IMG/VR virus record: IMGVR_UViG_3300036770_000417
Location: 1,694 to 65,693 of that record
DNA from: a virus
Lineage: Duplodnaviria > Caudoviricetes
DNA length: 64,000 nucleotides
Reading direction: 5' to 3' (one strand)
Positions 28,509 through 35,456 of the stretch are shown here, in pieces. Made by a program: the position numbers and the translations under genes. Every line of letters starts with the position of its first letter. Position 1 is the first letter of the stretch. Below the pieces are notes generated by a model, which was not told where the DNA came from, did not search any database, and saw only the letters and a list, made by a program, of their open reading frames with translations.

Positions 28509-28975
28509 CAGGGCCTCCAGAACTGCGTGAGAGGCTGCTCACCTATGGTGATGTATCCGCGGTACCCGTCCGGGCCGTCGGTAACAGCAATCTCAGTGTC
28601 GGTGTTCTTGGTCTTGTTGTGCCAGTATTGGAACGCAGCTAGGTAGGATTTCGGGGTGAAGGTTGTCTGGTAGTACTTGATCTTCTTGTTCTGCAGGTAA
28701 GCTAGATAGGTCAGGCCGCTCTTGACGAAGTTCTGCGCCGTGTCTGCGTTGAGTGCGCGCCCGGCCATGATGTCAGGGCGCTCCTCCATAACGTGGCCGA
28801 TAAAGACCGTGTTCCCGATCTGAACGTAGTCGGCGCTGGGGAGCGTCAGCTCCTCGGCAAGCCCGGCAGCGACAGCATACGCGGGGTACTCCGTGTTGTT
28901 GAACTCCTCCGCGGCGATCAGAAGAATCTCCGGGGCGCTTAGGAACCGATCTTTGCTGTCGACGACTGTAGGCAC
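28508..28975 (-). CDS. Hypothetical 155-aa protein, possible GNAT/HlyC-like acyltransferase
   Basis: Abuts the ACP stop and overlaps the start of the giant protein (TGATG); size and alpha/beta pattern fit a GNAT fold. Function is inference only. Confidence 0.5.
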   Translation of the reverse strand: MPTVVDSKDRFLSAPEILLIAAEEFNNTEYPAYAVAAGLAEELTLPSADYVQIGNTVFIGHVMEERPDIMAGRALNADTAQNFVKSGLTYLAYLQNKKIKYYQTTFTPKSYLAAFQYWHNKTKNTDTEIAVTDGPDGYRGYITIGEQPLTQFWRP

Positions 28976-29257
28976 CTACGCGGCCTCCAGAAACTGTTCG
29001 AGCGACTCAGGCTCTTTGGTTTTGTGCTTGAGGACAAAGTCCCGCAGGTCGCCGAGCGTAGTAGTGGATATCTTGTCCACGGTAGCCCCTTCGGGGAGGC
29101 CAAACGCTTCTGCGAACGTCACCATGACAAGTACCATATCCAGACTGTCCAGTCCAATGTCAAATGGCACCTGCTCGTAGCTCGTGGCCGCACTCCCGCC
29201 GCGGACGCCAAGCGAGTTGTGTTTCAGGAGCGCGTTGAAGAGTTCGAGGAAGTCCAT
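28976..29257 (-). CDS. Acyl carrier protein-like protein
   Basis: 93 aa, acidic, DIGLDSLDMVLVMVTFAEAFGL..ISTTTLGDLRDFV matches the ACP phosphopantetheine site (DLGxDSLD) and following helices. Confidence 0.85.
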   Translation of the reverse strand: MDFLELFNALLKHNSLGVRGGSAATSYEQVPFDIGLDSLDMVLVMVTFAEAFGLPEGATVDKISTTTLGDLRDFVLKHKTKEPESLEQFLEAA

Positions 29258-29263
29258 GCGCCC

Positions 29264-29887
29264 TCACAGGTTGCTGACGAAGCTCACCGCGACAATAGCC
29301 GACGGGATGCCGGGGTGCGGCGATGAGGGCGTCTGCGTGTTCAAACTCAGGTTAGTGTCGTCCGTCGCCCAGTACATCTCGATGTACTGCCCGGCAAGCA
29401 GGTCGATGGAGAAGTTCCAGAAGACCGCGTGGACGGAACTACCTTTGACAGTCTGCTCTTGGCCACCGTAGGACACATCGGTGCCGTTCTTGTTGATCCA
29501 CGTGTAGATTACCGCGTCAGACCCGCTGGTGTGGTCAGTTTGCAGCGTGACCTGAAAGTTGTAGACGCCGTCCGCGGTCACAGTGATGCGCGTGTCGTTG
29601 GTGCCCCCAATGCTGACCCCGTTGCCGAGGTAGGTGTTCTCGAACTCCACCGGGTAGCCTGTGTTGGTAGCCGCAGCCGTCTGGTCGGTCGTGCTGTAGA
29701 ACAACCCACGGGGCATGTAGAGGTACCTGCCACCATCGTCAGGGCTGAGAAGGGCGTTGAGCGTAGCTATCAGCCGGTTGAAGAACAACCGGAACACGTT
29801 GTTGCGCTGGTCCTCGTACGGTCGGTCGTACTGGAACGTCGCCTGCGGGATAGCGGGGGGCTCGGGGCGCTGCAGTTGGTTAGCCAT
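29264..29887 (-). CDS. Hypothetical tail-associated protein with beta-sandwich C-terminal domain
   Basis: NNVFRLFFNRL N-terminus; ITVTADGVYNFQVTLQ..WINKNG..GQYIEMYW (C1q/BclA-like pattern). Confidence 0.55.
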   Translation of the reverse strand: MANQLQRPEPPAIPQATFQYDRPYEDQRNNVFRLFFNRLIATLNALLSPDDGGRYLYMPRGLFYSTTDQTAAATNTGYPVEFENTYLGNGVSIGGTNDTRITVTADGVYNFQVTLQTDHTSGSDAVIYTWINKNGTDVSYGGQEQTVKGSSVHAVFWNFSIDLLAGQYIEMYWATDDTNLSLNTQTPSSPHPGIPSAIVAVSFVSNL

Positions 29888-31734
29888 CAGCGACGACCAT
29901 CAGGCCGAATGTCGAGGCGAGGATTACCCAGCTGCCAGCGCACGCCCAGCGCCGTAGACTCAACCTTGATGGCGAGCTGTCGCCCACGTACCCGGACGTA
30001 GACCTGCCCGGTGAAGGCTTCGATAGGCACCGTCGTAGTGCGCGTAACGGTCGCAGCGTCTGTGCCGCCGACGGACGCGGGGGAGGTGTATCCCGACCCT
30101 GCGTTGACCATCGGGAGGAGCGTCATAGTCATGCTGGGAGAGGCTACGTCCGAGCCGTCAAACGTCACGTCTGGCAGCACACGCCACAGGAAGGAGAACT
30201 TGTCGCCGTTGTCGAGGTCGAACGGCGAGGACGAGATGAACGCATGGATAGCCGCCGGGGTGCCGGTGGTGTTGTCGTCGTTGCCCTCCTCGTGGTTGAC
30301 GAGGTTGTTCTGGTAGGTGGCGGCCAGCGGGTAGTTACGCAGGCCCGAGTCCAGCCACGCGGTGCGCCCGAGCTCGCCGTAGTACCAGACGTTCTCCATG
30401 TAGTTGTAGACTACATACCGGTCATTTTCGGTGGAGCCGGCGGAGCAGTAGAACCACCACACTTCGTGGTATGCCTCGCTGGTCCCTGCAGTGACCTGTA
30501 GATACTGGGAGGTGTTCATGTTGTCGAAGACGAAGCGCCGCAGGTCAGACGGCAGCGGCTGCGCGCGACCGTCGTAGCGGTAGAACTTATCCTTACCCAT
30601 CCAGTAGGCGACGCCGTTTGCGTACGCCACGGCGTTCTGCGACGCGATAGAGATGTTCTCGCCGACAAGCTGCGCGGCCCACACCCCAGCCCCTGCACCG
30701 ACATATTGGAGCGAGTACAGGCTGGAGTCGGTCCACACGAGGACTTCCTGTCGAGACTGCGCCGCGGTCACGATCTCGGAACCCCGAGACAGCCGCAGGT
30801 CGCCCGCTTGGTTTGTCGCAGCCGGAGTCCAGTTAGCCGCGTCTTCTTGGTCCGACCAGCGGATTAACATCGGGTCCTGTGTACCACTACCAAGTTCGTT
30901 GCACCCGAACGCGAACACGAACCGGCTGATGTCAGACACGAGTATGTGGTTCTGCACCGTGGGTGTGTTTGACGCGCCTCCAAGCGCCGACAGCGCGATA
31001 GCGCGCGTAGCCAGCCCGCCAGTCGCATCCCAGTAGTATATCTGGCCGCCGCGCGGCCCGAAGACGAGGTCCTCACCAAAGTTAGCTTGGCTCCACAACC
31101 GCAGCGCGTCGGTGGAAGATGTGCCGACACCCCACGTGCCAGAGCCCCATGAGGACGAACCCCAGCCGGTCAACGGTACCGTGAACGCCGGGCCGACATT
31201 GATCTGATAGGCGGCGGTTACCGTGCCACCCCCCGTAGCCGTGCTCGACGCCGGGGTACCTGCGTCGATGGTATAGGTCGTGCCGCTGGAGTAGCTAATC
31301 TGGTACTCGCCGTTGAGCGTAAGGCCCCCTACGGCGGTAGCCCCGCTGAAGGTGACGAAGTCTCCGTCAATGTAGCCGCCAGCGGCGTCTGTAACGTCAA
31401 CCAGCGGCGAGCCCGATGTGGTCGAGAACGGGTCGACTAGCGTCTCGGTGTCCCGCAGGGGGGTGATGTCGTAGTAGGAGCCCCCCTGATTCAGGTAGAA
31501 CTTGAGGTTAGTGCCGACACCAATGAGATTCTGCGAGCCGAGGGTAACCCAATTCCATAGCGATCTGCACACGCCGAGGTATGTGTCCGCGGATATACGC
31601 GTCCAGCCCCCGATCTTTTCGGGGGAGCCCTGACGGAACCGAATCTTGTCGCACTCGTACCAGCGGCCTTCGTTGGTGTACCGCGTGTTCTCGCGGTTGA
31701 CTCCGGGCGCTAGGCGTACCTTCTGCAGCGGCAT
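29887..31734 (-). CDS. Probable tail nozzle/head-closure protein (P22 gp10 / T7 gp12 position)
   Basis: PGVNRENT, RFRQGSPEKIGGW, IRWSDQE, beta-propeller-like composition, C-terminal RLDIRPDGRR. Confidence 0.7.
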   Translation of the reverse strand: MPLQKVRLAPGVNRENTRYTNEGRWYECDKIRFRQGSPEKIGGWTRISADTYLGVCRSLWNWVTLGSQNLIGVGTNLKFYLNQGGSYYDITPLRDTETLVDPFSTTSGSPLVDVTDAAGGYIDGDFVTFSGATAVGGLTLNGEYQISYSSGTTYTIDAGTPASSTATGGGTVTAAYQINVGPAFTVPLTGWGSSSWGSGTWGVGTSSTDALRLWSQANFGEDLVFGPRGGQIYYWDATGGLATRAIALSALGGASNTPTVQNHILVSDISRFVFAFGCNELGSGTQDPMLIRWSDQEDAANWTPAATNQAGDLRLSRGSEIVTAAQSRQEVLVWTDSSLYSLQYVGAGAGVWAAQLVGENISIASQNAVAYANGVAYWMGKDKFYRYDGRAQPLPSDLRRFVFDNMNTSQYLQVTAGTSEAYHEVWWFYCSAGSTENDRYVVYNYMENVWYYGELGRTAWLDSGLRNYPLAATYQNNLVNHEEGNDDNTTGTPAAIHAFISSSPFDLDNGDKFSFLWRVLPDVTFDGSDVASPSMTMTLLPMVNAGSGYTSPASVGGTDAATVTRTTTVPIEAFTGQVYVRVRGRQLAIKVESTALGVRWQLGNPRLDIRPDGRR

Positions 31735-31742
31735 GGCTTACC

Positions 31743-31961
31743 TCAATTAACGGCCCCCAGCATGGGCGGGAGGGCGGTAACCTGCACGGTAGCGTTGCGC
31801 CGTAGCTCAAGGTCTGCGCCGCAGGCAGCACACTTTGCAGCGGCTAGCTCCTCAGCGGCGAGGTCGTAGCCACAGCTACTACAAACGATGTCTACCGTGT
31901 GCGTAGGCTGCACCGTGCCGTCTTCGGCGATGTCAGGCTTGTGGGCGATACGCATGTGCAC
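31743..31961 (-). CDS. Small zinc-ribbon protein
   Basis: CSSCG...CAACG. Confidence 0.55.
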   Translation of the reverse strand: MHMRIAHKPDIAEDGTVQPTHTVDIVCSSCGYDLAAEELAAAKCAACGADLELRRNATVQVTALPPMLGAVN

Positions 31962-31977
31962 TCCTCTGATGCCGGGG

Positions 31978-32199
31978 TTATTGGGCGCAGCCTACATCAA
32001 GTTGTGCGATCAGGTAAGCACCGGTCATCACCGATTTTGGCCCGCCATCTTCATAGAGCGCCCCGGCGTGGGCCGTGCGACTGTCCTTGGTTGCGTCGCA
32101 GATAGCGTTACTGCTTTGAACGGTCGTGCAACCAACCGCGAGCGACGTCCACACTGCTAGGGCGATCCACTTCGTCGATCCGCTTCCGAGTGTCCACAT
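31978..32199 (-). CDS. Probable o-spanin (lipoprotein)
   Basis: Signal-like N-terminus with lipobox LAVG|C; overlaps the i-spanin 3' end. Confidence 0.6.
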   Translation of the reverse strand: MWTLGSGSTKWIALAVWTSLAVGCTTVQSSNAICDATKDSRTAHAGALYEDGGPKSVMTGAYLIAQLDVGCAQ

Positions 32200-32323
32200 A
32201 GCTTTCGGCCTCCTTGCGCTTGGCGTCAGCCTGAGCCGATTTTCTGCCACCAAACCATGTTGCTGCTAGAGCCATGACGAAAACGCCAACCGCCGTAGCC
32301 CACAGCTGGAGGCGCAACATCAT
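32108..32323 (-). CDS. Probable i-spanin
   Basis: N-terminal TM helix (LQLWATAVGVFVMALAATWF) followed by charged helix; directly after endolysin. Confidence 0.6.
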   Translation of the reverse strand: MMLRLQLWATAVGVFVMALAATWFGGRKSAQADAKRKEAESYVDTRKRIDEVDRPSSVDVARGWLHDRSKQ

Positions 32324-33000
32324 CTGACACCTTCCGCGAACTTCTTGATCCGCTCGCGCATGACCCATGCTGCAGCGAGAATGACGATGCCCGCAAAGAT
32401 CAGCGCGACGAGCTGCGCCGTCCCGTCAAGCGCGCCGACCGCAGCGATGCCAGCACCTGCACCCGAAGCAATCTGCACTGCCGACGCCTGCACTGTCGTG
32501 GACTGCGCTACGCTCTCTCTGGGCACATCCGGCGCGGGGGGCCGCGGCTCATCATAGTCTTTCAGGAACAGGGCAACTTCCGCCTCACGGCGGCGCACAA
32601 GGCCACGCAGAACCTTCCCACCCGCTTTGTTGAACCACGCCATCGCCTCGGCGCAGCCCATCATGTCTCCAGCGTTCCACCGCTTGAGAGCCGTGGACTT
32701 CGCGAAGGCCGGCACACCGATGTTGTATGCCAGCGAGACAAATGCGCCGAACTGATGCGGGTTCGGTTGCTGCTTGAGAAGGGGTAGGACTTCCGCGGCA
32801 AACGTCTCAAGGCCGAGGGTCAGCATCTCCTCGGCCTGCTTCTTCGTCCACTTGTCACCCATCTTCACGCCGGGGCCATAGCCCGCACGGTTCGTGTAGC
32901 CATAGCCGATGGTGACAACGCCAGCAGGGTCGAAGTAGGCATCAAGCCGCAGGCCCTCGAACTCCTTGACGAGATCAATCGCTTCTTGGGGTAGCTTCAT
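32320..33000 (-). CDS. Endolysin, GH24 lysozyme with C-terminal hydrophobic extension
   Basis: KEFEGLRLDAYFDPAGVVTIGYG (E-x8-D-x5-T), FVSLAYNIG, GLVRRREAE. Confidence 0.9.
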   Translation of the reverse strand: MKLPQEAIDLVKEFEGLRLDAYFDPAGVVTIGYGYTNRAGYGPGVKMGDKWTKKQAEEMLTLGLETFAAEVLPLLKQQPNPHQFGAFVSLAYNIGVPAFAKSTALKRWNAGDMMGCAEAMAWFNKAGGKVLRGLVRRREAEVALFLKDYDEPRPPAPDVPRESVAQSTTVQASAVQIASGAGAGIAAVGALDGTAQLVALIFAGIVILAAAWVMRERIKKFAEGVR

Positions 33001-33233
33001 TTTCTCAACGCCTGCTCTATGCTGTCCAGCTTCGCAAAGACCGCCTTGAAGTTTTCGCGCATCTCCTTGAACTCGCGGTCATGCGCGGTCTTCTGCTCGG
33101 ACATGGTTGCACGGATGACAGCGATCTCGGTCTCGTGCCGCTGCTGCCTGTTGAACATGAAGATCACGAAGCCGGTAACCGGCGCGACGATCCACTTCAT
33201 TACCGTATCGAGTAGTTCCATGCCCGGCCTCAT
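32997..33233 (-). CDS. Putative holin
   Basis: One TM segment plus coiled coil, immediately upstream of endolysin. Confidence 0.5.
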   Translation of the reverse strand: MRPGMELLDTVMKWIVAPVTGFVIFMFNRQQRHETEIAVIRATMSEQKTAHDREFKEMRENFKAVFAKLDSIEQALRK

Positions 33234-33976
33234 GTGGCTGTAACGCGTTCTATGTCGTCCTCAACACATTCGAGGCCGTACTGGATTTCGACTACCCGCA
33301 GAATCTCGTCGAACGGGTTAGCGAGACAATGCCACGAACCGCAGTCGATTTCCACAGCATCATGCTGAGATAACACAGCGATGTCACCGTCAAGGCAAAC
33401 TACCGCCCGTCCCTCCGCGATGTGCCAATGCTCCGAGCGGTAGCGATGCCGCTGCATACTCAGTTTCTGCCCCGGCTCCACGACGAGTTCCTTGACCTTC
33501 ACGCCCGGTGCCTCATGCAGCACGCGGTAATGGCCCCATAGCTTCTCGACAGTCGGAGCCTGCCACTCGCGCAGTATCCACGACGACGAGTTCTGCTTGT
33601 CCTCACCGCCGACGCCGAAGACGAAGGTGACGCCCTTGGCTGTCATCTCGGGGATGTTGTCGCGCGTCCTGTCACCCCCGTTGGCGAAGATCAGCTTGTC
33701 CTCTGGATACATCTCACGGACCGCATCAATCAACCGCAGGGCGGTGCCATCCTTGTCGTCAAACGAAATAGCCGCATCGACGCAGCCCAGCGCACGGATA
33801 ATCGACAGCCGCTCTTGCAGGGGCATGAAGGCGCGACCCTTCTTGCAGATCAGCCACCCATCTGAATTGACGCCAACCACCAGCCTGTCGCCCAGCTTCG
33901 CAGCCGCCGTGAGATAGGCGATGTGGCCGCTGTGCAGAGGATCGAAGCCGCCGCTGACGATCACCGTTCTAGGCAT
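33230..33976 (-). CDS. Cytidylyl/adenylyltransferase (HxGH) fused to mannose-6-phosphate isomerase-type cupin
   Basis: VSGGFDPLHSGH, GVNSD, FANGGDR, KQNSSS; KLWGHY, LSMQRHRYRSEHW, WHCLAN, EIQYG..EDDIER. Confidence 0.85.
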   Translation of the reverse strand: MPRTVIVSGGFDPLHSGHIAYLTAAAKLGDRLVVGVNSDGWLICKKGRAFMPLQERLSIIRALGCVDAAISFDDKDGTALRLIDAVREMYPEDKLIFANGGDRTRDNIPEMTAKGVTFVFGVGGEDKQNSSSWILREWQAPTVEKLWGHYRVLHEAPGVKVKELVVEPGQKLSMQRHRYRSEHWHIAEGRAVVCLDGDIAVLSQHDAVEIDCGSWHCLANPFDEILRVVEIQYGLECVEDDIERVTAT

Positions 33977-34331
33977 ACGATTTCTCCTCGATCAGTGTAG
34001 ACCTGCTCGCGACATTGATTCGCCGTTTGATGTCAGCACGCTTGTCGTTTGTGATGTAGACCGAGCGCGCTAGCGCGATAAACTCGTCGTCGAACTCCTG
34101 CCGCTTTTCCTTCACCCTGATCCGATCTTCGATCTCCCACAGTTGGGTGTTGACAGCCTTTAGCTCCGCCTCCAGCTCCGCGTGCCGAGAGTAGCGGGCT
34201 ACCTCCGAGAGATAGCCCAGCTCTTTCTTTACGTTCGCCAGCTTGCTCGCGTCGGTGATGCGCTCGGACTTGATCTGCAAGATGCTGATCTTGTCGAGAA
34301 CCTCACCGACGCTAACAGGGACCTCAAGCAT
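33969..34331 (-). CDS. DUF6165-like protein
   Basis: VSVGEVLDKISILQIK..LWEIED..ARSVYITND.RA.IK..EEKSY. Confidence 0.7.
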   Translation of the reverse strand: MLEVPVSVGEVLDKISILQIKSERITDASKLANVKKELGYLSEVARYSRHAELEAELKAVNTQLWEIEDRIRVKEKRQEFDDEFIALARSVYITNDKRADIKRRINVASRSTLIEEKSYA

Positions 34332-34533
34332 GGGCAGCGATGGCGTCGTTGAACGGCTTCATGTCGAAGCCAGCGGGCCACTCTTTCGCCACCTGAATCT
34401 TGAGGTGATCGACGTTGCGCTGCACGGTGCCCGCCCAGTCCTCATCGCTGTCGCCTTCGGGCTTGCCCTTGTTGAGCAGGTTCACGCTGTCCATCGCAGC
34501 GTTGTAGGTGCCTTGCCAGTTCTCTTCAGTCAT
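34324..34533 (-). CDS. Hypothetical protein
   Basis: AAMDSVNLL..RNVDHLKI; AAGGAG SD. Confidence 0.6.
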   Translation of the reverse strand: MTEENWQGTYNAAMDSVNLLNKGKPEGDSDEDWAGTVQRNVDHLKIQVAKEWPAGFDMKPFNDAIAAHA

Positions 34534-34544
34534 TGTCGCTCTCC

Positions 34545-35456
34545 TTAAGCGGTTAAACAGTAGGTGTTGATCGGCTTGTTCTCGATCTTCACCGTCAGTG
34601 CCGAATATGCCTCAACCACGCTGCGCGGATCAACCAGCACGTTGCGCGGATCGGCAGGATCGAACTTCCGTGCATCCCACTTCTTGCCCATGTGGAACTG
34701 CATGTTGGTGTTGTGGCCGTAGCCGAACTGCGTCGGCGGGGTGCTGCCCCAGATCACGACACCGCGCTTCTGTGCCGATGCCGAGAAGTGTTGCAGGCTG
34801 CTGTCGATGCCGATGAAGCCTTCAGCGCCCTTTAGCATCTCGTGGACCACGGCCCAATGCTCGGCGCACTTGATCGCACCAGCGTAGCCCGGCTCGTTAG
34901 GCAGGGTGCAGTCGATGATCGCCACGTTGGGATAGGCCGCACGAAGGTGGCTGACGACTTGCTGAGCCAGATAGGCCGGATAGTTGCGGCCCGGATTGTG
35001 GCTCGCGTAGCCGTTGTTCGGGGACCAGCCGACAGGTGTCTGCCCGCCGGTAAACTGCACCATCATGTATTTGCCGGTGATGCCGTTCTGCTCCAGCCAC
35101 TTGTCGGCGCGTTCCTTCAGGTGGCTCGTATATAGCTTCGGAGCCATCGCCTTGTCGTATTCGACGCCGAACAGTTCGCAGTAGGACTCGATCAGGTGCT
35201 GCTTGCCCAGAGCGAAGTTGCTCTTGTAAGGCTCGCAGTAGAAGATGTTGTCCGAGCGCATGATGCGCGGATCGTTCAGCGGCAGCGACTGCTCGTAGGC
35301 CATCGCCACGTCGGGGTTGAAGGCGAACACGTCGATGTAGGGCGTGTAAATCTGGATCGCCTCACCAGCCTTCTCGGCCAGCTTGGGGATCAGAGCGGTG
35401 AACGCCGTGCATTTGCCGATGCCGCCTTCGATGACGTAGGTGTTAAGCATTCTCAA
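34545..35456 (-). CDS. Glycosyltransferase, GT9 (heptosyltransferase)-like
   Basis: GGIGK N-terminal motif, FIGIDSSLQHFSAS..GVVIWGST..FGY C-terminal motif. Confidence 0.75.
   Translation of the reverse strand: MRMLNTYVIEGGIGKCTAFTALIPKLAEKAGEAIQIYTPYIDVFAFNPDVAMAYEQSLPLNDPRIMRSDNIFYCEPYKSNFALGKQHLIESYCELFGVEYDKAMAPKLYTSHLKERADKWLEQNGITGKYMMVQFTGGQTPVGWSPNNGYASHNPGRNYPAYLAQQVVSHLRAAYPNVAIIDCTLPNEPGYAGAIKCAEHWAVVHEMLKGAEGFIGIDSSLQHFSASAQKRGVVIWGSTPPTQFGYGHNTNMQFHMGKKWDARKFDPADPRNVLVDPRSVVEAYSALTVKIENKPINTYCLTA

Noticed and set aside
31507-31524. GTTAG-N8-CCAAT near-match to the palindrome in the structural arm
   Set aside because: Two mismatches in the right arm; expected by chance
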